From NCBI GenBank assembly GCA_964016885.1, contig OZ024743.1, positions 310,682,001 through 310,746,000 of the forward strand: a stretch of DNA of 64,000 nucleotides. The letters are read 5' to 3'. This document shows, one piece after another, positions 38,386-52,691 of the stretch. Origin of the DNA: Eledone cirrhosa. Lineage: Eukaryota. Position numbers and translations under genes: made by a program. The notes below the pieces were generated by a model that saw only the letters and a program-made list of their open reading frames with translations, made no database searches and was not told where the DNA came from. The stretch's first letter is position 1. The number at the start of each line of letters is the position of its first letter.

Positions 38386-40278
38386 CTACCTTTCCGCTTC
38401 CCGGGTTCGGGTTGCACGACTTCCATGGGGTCGGGGGTGTTGGGTGAAGTGGTGTCTTGTGGTGGTGTGGGTCGTCAGTGTGTGGTGGTGTTGGGGTGTT
38501 TGGATTTGGGGTGGGGAGGGGAAGGGGAGGGGGAAAGCTTTTTAGTAGGACGCGGTTTATGGGTTTGACAGAGGGTGATCCTACGTCCTCCTTAAAATCC
38601 TTTTTTAGTTTTTCGTAGAGGTTCATTGGGATCTTTATTAATTTTAAATGTGGGTAGTTTTCTGAAGAAACAAAGTTTACACCTTCGGTTTGTACCGAAG
38701 GATTATTGTATATGAGTTCATTTAATTTATTATTGTTTCTGTTGATGTAAGTATAGTGTAATGTCTCTTTTTCGGATGGTGTGAGTGTTTCGGAGAGGGG
38801 AGGGGCAGGTTTGCTTTTGTTTGTTGCTGGAGGGGTGTTTTCTGTTTTGTTGGATTGTGTTGAGATTTTGGTGGCGGTTGTTTGGCCTTGTGTGTTTTGC
38901 ACATGTTTTCTTTTATTCCTTTTAATCTGTCTGAAGGACTCCGTTTCTTCCTCCGAATTCGTTGGGTTATCTTCAGTGTTGGAGGGAAGAGGTATGTTTG
39001 CTGGTAATGTTTCCGTGTTGGTTTTCTTTGTGGGGAAGATGGATGTCACTATGTTAGACTGTGTTGTGTGTTGTGTCTGCGGTGGTTGTGTTGTTTTATT
39101 GAGTGAGAGGTTGGGTGGGCCTGTATTTTGTTTTGGGGTAATGTGTTGTGACTGTTTGTGTTGTGGTGGTGGTGTGGTTTTACTGAGGGACGGGTTGGGT
39201 GGGATTGAGTGTTGTTGTTTGTTTATCTGTTGTGTTGGTGGTGGTGGAGCTGGTGTTGGTAGCAGGGTTTTCTTTTTGTTGAGTTGGGGACAAGCGGCCT
39301 TCAGGTGCCCTCTGCCTGCACAGATATGGCAGGACGGCCTTCTCCCCTCCACGCTAATGTTTATATACCCGTGGTCCTCTAATAGGATTCTGTCGGGTAT
39401 TTGGGCGATGCGTTCAGGCTTCATTTGCACTACCAGCTCTATACCTGTTCCACTGAACGCATTTCCTGTGGTTTTCCCAATGGAAATCACGTTGTCATTC
39501 ACTGGATCGATGAAGCCAGCTATGAGCCAGCAGTAGTCCACATCTGGCATCATTGCATCCAGCCATATGCGTTGAGTTCTTTTACCCATATAAGATGGAT
39601 AAAAGGTAAAATTTTTCGAACGAATCGGTTACAAAGCACATTTTTTTGCCGTCGATTCGTTCTTCATGATAATTGCTCGGCTTCCATACAGTCTGTCTTT
39701 TCTTATGAAAGTTGTTTCATTCAGTACTTCTGTGAGTACTGTTTTGATATCTGCTTGAGAAGGCTGTTCAGGTTTTTTTGTACTGTTGTTGATGGTCCGA
39801 AACTTGACCGTTCGGCTTTCAATGTCTTTGGTGAATTCTTGAGGCATTTTTACCGATAAAATACCATTCTCTTCTTCACTTATGTATTGTTTGGCGTCTG
39901 TGATCCTTCGTGCCACATCTGAAATATTTTCCGGTATATAAGTCAAAGATTTCTTTGTTTTTTGTGCAAATGAAATCTTGTCGTCTGCTTTGCTTTCTGT
40001 TATGGTGTTATTTTCAAATGTTATTTTTGTGTTTGTTGTGTCTTTGTTTGTGTTATTAGTATTGTCATGCAATTTTTCAAAATTTTTTTTTTCGTTGTTG
40101 GAATCCATGTCCAGATTTGTCGTCTTTTTTTTTTCTCCGCAGATTCGTCTGTTTTTATTTTAATGTTTCCTTCCTTCTCTATGACGTTAGTTGGGAAGGA
40201 AGGGGGGACTAAAGCGTGCGTGCTTACAACTGTTACCGCTGTCCCCCCACCACTATTTTCGTTCGCTTCGTTTAACAT
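38386..40278 (-). pseudogene. Copy D ORF1, disrupted
   Basis: Frameshift in the poly-T run near 40130, stop at 39629 and a late frameshift. CCHC knuckle intact. Confidence 0.9.
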
Positions 40279-40504
40279 TTCTGTCAGACGATTGAAATTT
40301 TTTTGCCACAAAATCTTTTAAAACAGGTTTTTCACCTCTAGGAGGGGGAAAGATGAGCTGACCCACCGCCTGACAGTTCAGACGGGGGGTCAAGCTACAC
40401 AATAGTATCAAAATTAAATTTGAACTCACAAAATTTCCGCAATAAATTTGAACAAAACTTCTGCGCGAAGTGAATTACATCCACACTGTAGAACAGACGA
40501 CAGC

Positions 40505-40593
<89 letters not shown>

Positions 40594-40624
40594 GCATGGC
40601 TGGATAGATAGATAGATAGATATA
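40505..40624. repeat. (TAGA)n spacer between copies D and E
   Basis: Seen directly. Confidence 0.99.
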
Positions 40625-41564
40625 TTTCTTTTATTTGCCACTAGGGCATCAAAAGTGGGACAAGTACAAAGGGGGGAGTTTACACAAAAAGGCGTCCTCA
40701 ATAAGGAGGAGGCAATAACAAAATATAAAAATAAAATAAGATATAACAAAAAATAAAATTTTTAACAAAATCCTCAATAGAGAGGAGGCGCCTTGGGGGG
40801 TCGCACACACCCCCGAAAAAAGTGTGCAACCCTTCTCCTCAGGAGCACAGAGAAGGGGTGCTCCCTTGGTCTTTCATCTTCCTCACCTATAGTCTGATGT
40901 AGAGTGAAGGCCCATTCACACGGGCCATTCTCGCCACTTTCACCCATCTTTCATAGAAACGGCTGGGGTGCAGCACCTCTCTCTCCATCCTGATCCTTCT
41001 TCCGAAATGATATCGGAAGAAACGGACCAGTTGTTGGCCAGAGAGAAAGGTGCCCGACCTCAGTCCTTTCAGACGCGTCCACCATACAACCTCTTTCGCC
41101 ATGGCTATTACGCACAGAAACACCGCCTCTGCTTCATCTTTGAAGGGGGGAGGCGGCTTGATCATTACAATAGACTCGGTGGTCAACCGGATCGGTCCCA
41201 CCCTTGACAGCAGTTGTTCGACATAGCCCCACAGATCGGCTACGCCCGAGCAGTGTACTAATGCGTGTGCAACGGTTTCCTCGTCGCACACGCATCTGGG
41301 ACAGATCTTTTTGGCGGGGTCCCTACCCGGGCGCCCGTGTCTGTAGAGCCTTTCTCGAACGGGTAAAGCCCCTCGGTAGCACTGCCAGGCCAGGGACTTC
41401 TGGAAGTTGTCCATAGGTCCCGGGCTGAATGTCCTACCGAACAGGCTGGCCAGTTCGTCCTCCTCCATGTCTAGGGCTTCTCCGAGGGCGTCGTCGCACC
41501 TGCTGCGTACCAGCCCTCTATAGAATGTTGCGGTGGAGTCTCCACTGATAACCGGATCCGCCTT
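40625..41564 (-). mobile_element. Tx1 copy E (5'-truncated, different subfamily)
   Basis: ORF2 C-terminus (40887-41468) with Zn finger, and a 3' UTR ending AATAAAAGAAA into (TATC)n. Confidence 0.92.
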
Positions 41565-41597
41565 AGACAGACGAAAAGATATGTATATATATATATG

Positions 41598-41780
<183 letters not shown>

Positions 41781-42258
41781 GAGATTACTATATATATACT
41801 ATTCATATATATCAGAATTTTCTATCCTCAGTTTAGTAGCAGCCTTGTTCTTTTATTGATTTCCTTATTCTGTGAATTGTTGATCTGATAAAAAGACAAA
41901 TGATTTGGTTGATTACGAGATTACGAGATAACTAATATACGTTCTGTACTGGCTTTAACCTCCACATGGAATAAACGAATTTTTTTATATAACATTAATT
42001 TCATTGTCTGAACAGCAATCTGAGTAAAGATATTTGACTTCTCATGTCAGTAGTTCAAATCGAATAACCAAATACACACTCACACATACACACATACACA
42101 AATACCCACAGACTCACACCTACAAACACACATACACACACACAAACACACACATATATATATGCGCTTGTGAGTGTGTAAGTGTGTGTGTGTTTATAAA
42201 TACATTTATTCATACATACGTACATAGATACATACATACATTCATAATTACATACATA

Positions 42259-44197
42259 GATTTTTCTTGGGCTACTATCCTAAAGTTAAAGACAGAGAAG
42301 GAGGACTCTATTTTCACTGATAAAATAAAATATCGCAGGGGTATATTTCAGGGAGACAGTCTCTCTGTGATATTATTCATCCTGTCATTAAACCCCTTAT
42401 CCTTTCTGCTCAAGAAATGTGAAGGATACATCATTGGTTCACAGGAAGACAGAAATACGAACCTAACCCAAAATTTCTTTGTGGATCATCTGAAAGTCTA
42501 TGCGAAGAACATGGGTGGGATGAAGAAAAATATTGACCTGGTTACAATATGCCCAAAGGATATAGGAATGGGGTTCGGCCAAGATAAATGCTCATATATG
42601 ACTGTAAAGCGGGGAAAAACAACAACCCATTCTAGCAACATTTGTATCAATGGCTTAACTGTTTCACCAATATCTGATGAGGACTGCTACGGATACCTGG
42701 GAATAGATGAGAACATATCCTATAATCTTATATGTAATAAGGAACGCGTAACCAGGGAATACTATACCCGATTAAGAAAGATATGGTCATCGGAACTCTC
42801 TGCGCAAAGCAAAACAGTGGGTCACAATGTGTTTGCTGTGCCTGTCCTAACACCAACTTTTGGAATACTCAAATGGAATATAGACGAAATCCGAACGATT
42901 GATGTTAGAACTCAAAAAATACTAAACAACTCCTGAAACTTCCACATCAACAGTGACATAGATCGCCTTTACTTGAAACGTAAGTAGGGAGGCAGAGGCC
43001 TAACATCAGTCCAGACAGCATTTGAATGTCGCATCATATCCCTCCGACAACATCTACGAACCTCAAAGCGTAGGAGCCCGTTTCTCGAGCAAGTCTATCT
43101 GCATGAAACAGGTAAGATCATGAGAGTTGGGAAGGAACTCCTCGAGAGATATTCCCTGTGTGATAATAAAAAAAACTGCATGTTTATCAGCAAAAGATCA
43201 TGCACGGATATGTTGCCAGGAACCTACAGAGTGGGAGTAATATAGATAAAGAAGGTAGTCTATCTTGGACCAACAACCGCTATATTGGCTCCCACTTTGA
43301 AGGATATGCTTTTGCAATCCAAGAACAGGAAATCAACACGAAATACCTGATTCACAAAAGAGATAGGGATGCAGACAAAATTCCTAGATGTGATAACAAG
43401 TGCAGACTCTGCAGAATTAACATCGAATATGTCACCCATGTCATAAGCAGCTGTCCAAAGATGTCATCGCGGTACTATCTACCTATGAGGCATGATGTAG
43501 TGGCCAAAGCACTGTACAATGCAATTCGTAGAAAAGATAGCCCCGATAATAAACACAAAAGCCACAGCAATGTGGAAGACATCCATATACATAATATGAA
43601 AGAGTACTGGTGCAATGTTCTAGTAAAACCCCCAATAAAATGCAGGAATAACAGACCAGATATTATGATATGGGACAAGGAAAAGAAGGCATGCTCAGTA
43701 GTAGAAGTTAGCTGTCGAGCAGATGCCAATATAATATCAAAGATTAGCGAAAAGGAGAATATTTATGCAGAACTGATTAAAAATCTGCAGATACTCCACC
43801 CTGATTATACCTTCAGATTTATGTCTGTGATTATTGGGCACTGGGATATGTTAGTAACTGCCTCAATACAAATATTGAGAAGCTGGGCTTCACAGGAAGA
43901 GAAAGAACACAACTATTAGGAAATTACAAGTACAATCCATTAATGGAAAAGTAAAAATATTTAAAACATTCCAAAAATGTTGCATCTAATAACTGCATAT
44001 ACACATGCACACATACAACTGAAAACATCCACATCCACACATACAATAAGATCCATATCTACACATGCATGCTTGCAGACATGCATACATATCTACCTAG
44101 TTGATGTGTAAATTCCAATGAGAGAGTCTTATGTCTATGTTAGAAACCGACTCTCTCTCTATTGACAAAAATTTGTGAAATTATAAAACCAGAAGAA
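42259..44197 (+). mobile_element. R4/Dong-like non-LTR retrotransposon (RT plus restriction-like endonuclease), 5'-truncated
   Basis: RGIFQGDSLS and a degenerate catalytic motif (FVDHLKVY); CRLC...H.ISSC, RHD, RPDI...D and K...Y motifs of RLE elements. CATA repeats at both junctions. Confidence 0.88.
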
Positions 44198-44409
44198 CAT
44201 ACATAAATACATACATACGTACATACCTACATATATACATACATTCATACATACATACATACATAAATACATAAATTCATACATACATACATACATACAT
44301 ACATTCATTCATACATACATACATAATACATAAATACATACATACGTACATACATACATACATACATAAATGCATACATAAATACATACATGCATACCTA
44401 CATACATAC

Positions 44410-44965
44410 ATATTATGATATGGGACAGGGAAAAGAAAGCATGCACAGTAGTGGAAATTAGCTGCCCAGCAGATGCCAATATAATATCAAAGATTAGCAA
44501 TAAAGGAGAATATTTATGCAGAACTGATGAGAAATCTGCAGATACTCCATCCTGATTACACCTGTATATTTATGCCCGTGATTATTGTGGCACTGGGGTA
44601 TGTTAGTAACTGCTTCAATACAAATCTTGAGAAGCTAGGCTTCACAGGAACAGAAAGAACACAACTAGTTAAGAAATTACAAGTACAATCCATTAATGGA
44701 ACAGTAAAAATATGTAAAACATTCCAAAAATGTTGCATCTAATAACTGCAAATACACATGTACAGATACAAAGGATATACACATGCACACATACAACTCA
44801 AAACATACACATCCACACATACAATAACATCCATATCTACACATGCATGCATACATAATCTACCTAGTTGATGTGTAAATTCCAATGAGAGAGTCTTGTG
44901 TCTATGTTAGAAACCGACTCTCTCTCTATTGGGAAAAGATTTGTGAAATTATAAAACCAGAAGAA
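44410..44965 (+). mobile_element. Second, shorter copy of the RLE element in (CATA)n
   Basis: Diverged copy of ~43660-44197 with the same 3' end (AAACCAGAAGAA) running into CATA repeats. Confidence 0.88.
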
Positions 44966-45165
44966 CATACATGCATACATAAATACATACATACATGCAT
45001 AGATCCATACAGGCATACATATAGTTACATTTATTTTAACATTTATTTTAAACTTACTACTTTTGATTTGTTTCATAACCTATATATATAGAGAGAGAGA
45101 GAGTGGGATGTGTGTATGTATTATATATATATGTGTTGGGATGGATGCACGTGTTTGTGTGTATG

Positions 45166-45221
<56 letters not shown>

Positions 45222-45440
45222 ATGTGTGTGTCTGTGTGTATGCATGTGTATATATATATATGTGTGTGTGTATGCATATATATATATATATACACACACA
45301 CACGCATATCATTCATTTATATATATATACACACACGCACATACCATTTGTATGTATATGTATATATATATACATACACACACATGTTTACCATTGATAT
45401 GTGTGTGTGTGTATGGGTGTGAATTTTGTATATCTAATAA

Positions 45441-45760
45441 TATACGGTGTGTTCACGAATAAACATTTTCAAAGCCCTTTAGCTATGAACTTTAGGAAGC
45501 TTGCCGCTAGCGCCGTCTACCGAATTCCAAGAGAAACAGTAGATGGTAATTGTTGATGCAATTCTGGCCATAAGCCAATTGTTATCCTTCACTGCTTCTG
45601 CTGGAATTTGCAAGATTGCGCCCGCCGTCAGCATCGTACAATTCATAGCTAAACGACTTTCAAAATGTTTATATGTAAACATTCCGTATATCATTAGATA
45701 TATCCAATTCTGATTTTCTTTCACACTGGAGTCAACTTTGCATGTTATACCCTCTTGGCC
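45441..45760 (-). mobile_element. Possible Tc1/mariner remnant
   Basis: TIR-like start TATACGGTGTGTTCA and minus-strand pieces HFESRL...DADGG resembling a transposase C-terminus. Very degenerate. Confidence 0.3.
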
Positions 45761-46704
45761 GATGAAGAGAAAGAACCTATCAATTCGAGTGAGTTAATGG
45801 AATTCTAAAAGAGTCAAAGTAGCTGATTTGTTCTATCGTTTCTGACATTTTGCGATTAAATAACCCTTCTTTTTACCAGGAGCTACGACTGGCAGATATT
45901 ATCTGTTTGCGGTAAAAGTGTTGCTAACTGTAAAGTAGATATTAGGTAAATTGTATGTTGAAGTCAAATCTGTATGAAGGCTTTGCCAACCCACAACAAA
46001 GATGAAGCTATGATATTTATGTGCGTGTAAGAGAAAGTATGTGCATATATATGTATATATGTATGTGTGCTTGTATATATATATGTATCTATATCTGTGT
46101 GTGTGTGTGTGTGGATGCATGTATGAATATATGGGGATGTTAGTTCAATTTGGGCGATATTGGGCTGCGCTTTCTAGCAACCGACCCACTAGCCGTAAGA
46201 ACCAATCACACTCTTTCTAACTTGACCACTGCCATGTCACAGTTCTCAGCCATTTTGAATTCGTGTTTGGCGGGGACCACTTCAGAAAATAATTTGTCCT
46301 AGCGGGTTTGTCCCCCGAAGAGCATAAACTCGAGATTTATCCTTAATAGGATATCTCAAAATGAGAGCGAACCCATGGGTCGGGATTTAGTAATTTAATC
46401 CAGGTATGTATATAAGTATTTCTAACTGTAATTTTATACCTAATTGTGTATGGTTGACCGTATATTTAATTAATTTCCACGTGCTGCTGAAATGTTGGAT
46501 AAATATTCTATAGCGGTTGGCCGCGAAGAGGCCGCTGTCGTATATTTGTTTACTGTTTCTTCATAGGTGCCTTTTAATCTTAAAGCCTGGTCTAATTGAT
46601 TTTTTGTGTGGTTAATTATGTTAATTGGGAGAAGAAATGAGCCACATCGTGAATGGGTGCCAAAACACATATATATCTGTAACTTTACTTAATTGGTGTA
46701 TGTG

Positions 46705-46738
<34 letters not shown>

Positions 46739-46743
<5 letters not shown>

Positions 46744-46952
46744 GAATGTATATATAGTGTATTTTGCAATACACTGTATGCTTAATTAAAAGTATTTTGA
46801 AGACCATACGCTACTATTTTAAAGTAGCGACATTGTCGCTTACTTAAATTTTCGGCGGACAGGGGGAAATGCTTTTAATTAAGCATACAGTGTATTGCAA
46901 AATACACTGTATATACATTCATATATATATCGCTATTTCAGAGCACCAATTC

Positions 46953-46957
<5 letters not shown>
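46739..46957. mobile_element. Fold-back relic with partial hammerhead, in (TA)n
   Basis: 46739-46797 is inverted at 46867-46925. The centre and right arm read TTGAAGA-CC...GG-GAAA-TGCTT/ttaatt/AAGCA-TA. Confidence 0.6.
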
Positions 46958-47017
<60 letters not shown>

Positions 47018-47400
47018 GGTGGGTGGGTATGTGCGTGTGTGTGTGTGTGTAGTTGCTGGATAAGTCAAAAAATTAATGTCAACATCAATTACTGAACTTA
47101 TGTTCGATCTCATGTGGACGAGAACAAAACCTCTGACCTCCGCAAGAGGAAGAAATACAGCTGGAGGAGCAGGTCAGAGAAACAGTGAGGTATCTAGCAA
47201 AGTGAGGGAGAGTGAAAGTGAGAGGGAGAAAGGGAGAAGAAGAAAGAGGGGAAAGAGTCGATAGCAACAAAATTGATAGAGACAAAGAGAGAACAGGCAA
47301 CGGCGAAACTTGATAAAAATGTAAGAAGAAACAGATAATTAGAATTTTATTTCTGGTCCTAACACAGATGAAACATAAATGTAAGTATGCACATGTACAC

Positions 47401-47432
<32 letters not shown>

Positions 47433-47433
<1 letters not shown>

Positions 47434-48025
47434 TGTTATACTTTGGGAGGGTCATGTTGCCAACAAGAAACACACCAGTTGCTTTCACTCCAATTTATTA
47501 TAAATTAAAAAATTTAAAAAAAAAAAAATTTATAAATTTCCGGTTGGTTGGTTGGTTCCACAACCGGACGGTTGTTCATATATTGTCAAAGTTCTTTCGT
47601 AACACATTCTGCTACCTCTTAAGTGACTGGGGATTAGTTTCTTTGTTTTGTGCCTCTCATTGTTCTGTCCTACGCCATCTTGTTTTTGTGTGTGTTGTGG
47701 GCTTAGTTTGCACATGTGTTACATCCGGGTGTCTGTGTGTGGTTTTATTTGTTTATTTATTTGTTTATTTACATGACGAAAGAACTTTGACAATATATGA
47801 ACAACCGTCCGGTTGTGGAACCAACCAACCGGAAATTTATAATTTTTTTTTTTTTTAATTAAAAAATGTTTTATTTTTTATATTTTTTATTTATAATAAA
47901 TTAGAGTGAAAGCAACTGGTGCGTGAGTTTCTTATTGGCAACATGACCCTCCTAAAGTATAACAATATCGGTTACAACACACGTTTTCAGATAAAGAATC
48001 TTGCTAAACAAATTCAAAAACGATA
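47433..48025. mobile_element. Fold-back Penelope pLTR relic (family of the 62-64 kb element)
   Basis: 47433-47601 is inverted at 47776-47966, with a ~55-bp tail on the right arm. Homologous to 62036-62430. Degenerate hammerhead near 47586-47630. Confidence 0.85.
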
Positions 48026-48039
48026 TATATATAGTAATA

Positions 48040-49115
48040 ATAATAAATTTGAAGACTAAAATCCAAAGAGGGCTCGATAAGTATGAATATATATCAAATA
48101 TATAAGAACCGTAGAGCAAATATTTATTAAAATAACAGATTAATATATAATCGCTGCTTTCACCCTTAATGGGATCTTCTGAAACTAAATGTACTGGGTA
48201 ATTGTTGGCCTTGTGCCTAAAGTAGAAACAATTATTAAAATAACAGATTAAAGTTTAAGCAAAGAATCGCTGCTTTCACCCTTAACGGGATATTCTGAAA
48301 CTAAAAAAATCAATCTGTGAACGCAGAAGTAAATATTTCAAAAAACGTTGCAACCGAAGGAAGACAGGAAGACGATATTTTGGTTCGTGAAAACGTTCCC
48401 TTGCAAAGAACAGAAAAACGAAGATAATACGGGGTCGATAAAATAAAGTACCAGTAATGCACTTAGTATTTGCTGGCCTTGTGCCAATAGTAGAAACAAT
48501 TATTTGGAGCGGTGAAAACAATTACACGCAAAGACAAAACCACGTTTATCGTATAAATGAAGTCGTAGACTAATATTCTATTCGGTGGTTCGTGGAGACG
48601 TTCTCTGGCAATGAACGGAAAAACGAAGATATTACGTCATTATGTGGACACGATGAGAACAATTACACGCAAACACAAAACCACGTTTATGGTATAACTG
48701 AAGTCGTAGACTAAAATTATATTTAGGAAACCGAATGATTCTCGGCTTCAGAGTTAAGAATAATGTAAATAAATTACAGAGGTAATTGAAATCAACAAAA
48801 ATTAAATATATACACGCATCCATATACGTACATACACATGCATACACGAAAACACCTGCCATGAGTATGCAAATACAAGCACGTAAAAAAAAAAACACGC
48901 ACGCATGTACAGAACCCACGCAACGCCTATACCCGCACACATATGAACGTATACACCAAATACACATAAAAATATATATAAAAATATATATATATATCTG
49001 TGTGCGTGCGTGTATACATATAATTATATAAACGTATATAAATATACACACATAAATACGTATATAACGCGCGCACACACACATACCTACATGTAAATAC
49101 ACATATGTTCGCTAA
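48040..49115 (-). mobile_element. Penelope 3' UTR/pLTR relic (8807 family) with two SINE-tail insertions
   Basis: Collinear with 8807-9530 and with the tail at 10770-10860. SINE 3' fragments at ~48188-48236 and ~48428-48502. Confidence 0.8.
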
Positions 49116-49117
49116 AC

Positions 49118-49174
<57 letters not shown>

Positions 49175-49329
49175 CTACGTCCAAATTCCAACTCACTCAA
49201 CAAACATTAGGATATACCTGAGTATATTCCCAATTAAACGTTTGGGTGCTAATTGGCTGTGGATAATTGGCTGTATTATTTCATATGAGATATACAAATA
49301 TCTCATTTGTGTGTATATATATATAGATA

Positions 49330-50916
49330 TATACATAGCAAGAACATTTTAGACAGAATAATACCACAAATTAAGGAATTGTCTCATTTAAAATTATGGA
49401 AAGGAACTAACGAGGTTATCGAATGGTTTAAAGACATTAAATATAACTATAATAATAAGTTTATTCAATTGGATATTGCTAATTATTACTCATCCATCAC
49501 TCCTAATCTATTTAATAAAGCACTGACATATGCATTTAAACATACAGACTTAACTAGTAATGAAATACACATTATCCTAACGGCACGGAAAACATTAATT
49601 AAATTTAACAACCACCTCTGAAATACAGCAGATAGAGATAATAATTTCGATATCACTATGGGGTCATCTGATTCCGCCGAAATAACGGATCTTGTGCGGC
49701 TTTTTATAAATAATACTCTACATAGAAAAATACCGGAGATGACCGGAGGTTTGTATCGCGACGATATGCTATTACTTATCGAAAATAATAACTGTGAATT
49801 AAATAGGAAATTAAAAGAAATTATACAATTTTTTAATTACCTTAATCTTAAAGTAGAAATAGAGAATAATTATAAAATAGTTAACATTCTAGATGTAACC
49901 TTAAACCTTAAAACATGTCTTTATTATCCATTTCACAAATTAAACGGGAACTTAAACTACGTTAATTTTAATTCCAATCACCCCAGATCCGTTACTATAG
50001 TAAATTCTGTACAGCAACCCATTGCTAGAATTTCAGCTAATAAGAATATTTTTGATGATAAAGCACAGTATTACAACGAAGCGTTAGGTAGAGCTGGATA
50101 TAGTAATAAAATTAAATACATTGATAATAATAATATAACAACTAACCATAATTTTAACAACTATAATAGAAAACCTTACAATAATTCGAAAAACAAAAAA
50201 AGAAATAGAACTAGGAATATATTATGGTTCGCTCCTCCTTTCTCATTAAATATTAAAACTCCTATTACTAAACTATTCTTTAAAGCTCTTGACAAATGCT
50301 TCCCTAGAACACATAGATATTACTCAACATTTAATAGATATACTATAAAATTAACTTATTCAACCACCTGTAATTTAGCGCAGAATATTAATAGAATTAA
50401 TAATAGAAACTTAAAACCTAACCAGAATACCATTAACAACCCCAGCAATATCCAATTTAATAATACGGCTCCTAGTAACTTGAATTTTGATAAATGTAAC
50501 TGTAGAAATAAATCAAACTGTCCGTTAAATAAAAATCGTTTAGCTAAAATATAGTATATAATTGTAATGTAAAAACTAATTTAAATTCATTTAATTATGT
50601 AGGTTCTACTTCCACAGACTTTAAATCTCGTTTTAATAACTATAAATGCTCTTTTACGAATATAAATAAAAAATCTTCAACTTCTCTATCTAGCTTACTA
50701 TGGGACCTAAAATCAAAGAACATTAACTATTTTTTACTTTCGAATATTATCTCCAAAGCTCCTCCATTCAATGCTTCTTCTGAAAATTGTGCTCTTTGTA
50801 TAGAGGAAATATACTTTATATTAACAAGCAAAAATTCTGTGAATTTAAGGAACAATCTTTTCAGTTGCTGCAAACATAGATTAAATTCAACGTTTAAATA
50901 TAAATTTAAAATGTAA
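49330..50916 (+). pseudogene. Penelope-like RT plus GIY-YIG ORF, 5'-truncated and disrupted
   Basis: DIANYYSSI, MGSSDSAEITDLV, GLYRDD, WFAPPFS, CNCR...CPL, YVGST and CALC.EE motifs. AT-rich 3' region extends to ~52750. Confidence 0.88.
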
Positions 50917-52041
50917 TATATAACTCATCTTATTAAAGCTATCGATAAATAATTAGATTCGTTCATACGACTGCCTAAAACTCTCTTAAATGAAAAGTTT
51001 TTTCCTAAAAAGATTTTTTCCTTGAAAATTCTTCTAGATAAACATACTGAAAGTTTTTTTAAAGAGAGGGAATTTTTGAAAATTTCTTTTTTGAAAATTT
51101 CTCTTATGAGTATAAAAAATTAAGATAAACATACTGAAAGTTTCTAAAACAAAAAGGTTTTTTTGTTAATTCCACTGATGGATATAAAAAAAATTATAAT
51201 TCATATTTTATACTGTGTTTTTTCTATATATGTATATATATAAAATTATATTGCTTAAAAATTATAATTCCTTTTAAAATTATATAATTAGATTTGTTTA
51301 AATTGTAATTCCTTTTAAAATTAGAACCCTTTTTAAAATTATATTTTATTTTATATTATGTATTTTGTATTTATATATATATATATATATGCATATATAT
51401 GTGTATATGTATGTATGTATATATGTGTACGTATATATATGTATGTATATATATATATATATATGTATGTTTATGTATGTATATGTATATATATCGAAAT
51501 GTATAATTTGAATACATTGTATGAATGAACTCTTATAAAGGGTTTTTTACGGTTTATGCTTTAGATATATTCTTATGAAAAACTTTAAACATTAAGACGT
51601 TATAGTATACAAACTTATATTTTAACAGTCACAACTGTATAACAGGTGGATTTATAAAATATATAAAATTTATAAAATTATAACTTGCTATTACATAATA
51701 GAACATTTTTTTTATAATCTTAACTTTTTTATCATCCTAACCTTTATAACATTTAATCCTTAGAGCTATCTAAATTACAAATAAATCACTTAATCCTTCA
51801 TGCTGTATTGCTATTACGAAGAAGAGATTATTCTTCGGTAAAATCTCTGAATTTCCATGGGTTTAGAAACATTCCTATATTTTAAACATAACATTTTTTT
51901 TATTTTTTATTACTTCTTATTATTTGTTATTGATAATTAATTGAAAAATTAATAATTATTTGTTGGTTGATGATTAATAAAAAATTTATATATGGTTATG
52001 TAATAATAACATATATTTTAATAATATTTTTTAATAATACA

Positions 52042-52159
<118 letters not shown>

Positions 52160-52628
52160 ATAATATATAGATCTCAATTTTTAATTTATAGATTTCAATA
52201 ATTTAACTGACATATTTAATTGATAAATTAAACATTTAATGAAATTTAAACATTAGATAAGATTCTCCGGTTATTATTATTTATATATCCACGCTTTATT
52301 TACTCCGCGTAATTCCTCCACTATATATTTATTTTTTCGCTTCATCAACTCATAAATTACGTTAATACAACACTCTCTCACTTAGGGCTTTCACTCTTTA
52401 TCTTTCTTTTGTTTTCCTTCTTTGGGTTTGCTCTTTCTTTTTATATTTGTTTTTTCCCTATTCCAACGGCTTAATTTAAATGTACTGCGATTTAAACCTC
52501 TCCGACACTAATTTACATAAAAGACCATTAATAAAATTAGTAACCCCACTATCCGGGAGCTTCCAACCGACATGGTCGCATTCTTTAAGGGTATGTCAAT
52601 ATTTGTTTATAAAAGTGATCGATATTAT

Positions 52629-52691
52629 ATTTTATCTGATGAAAGCGCACCATAATTTGCTTTGGTGTCCTTGAAATATGTATAATGAAAT
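52629..52691 (+). ncRNA. Minimal type-I hammerhead motif
   Basis: ATTTTAT-CTGATGA-AAG.GCACCA/loop/TGGTGT.CTT-GAAA-TATGTA (near-palindrome)-TA-ATGAAAT. Downstream of, and on the same strand as, the Penelope ORF. Confidence 0.7.

Larger units (their letters stand above)
34700..40504 (-). mobile_element. Tx1 copy D (full length, near-identical to C)
   Basis: Same 5' terminus (GCTGTCGTCTGTTCTACAG) and 3' terminus as C, with (TAGA)n on both sides. Confidence 0.95.

Noticed and set aside
32968-39536. Antisense ORFs over Tx1 ORF1 (152 and 251 aa)
   Set aside because: They are shadow frames of A/C-rich low-complexity coding sequence and have no recognisable motifs.
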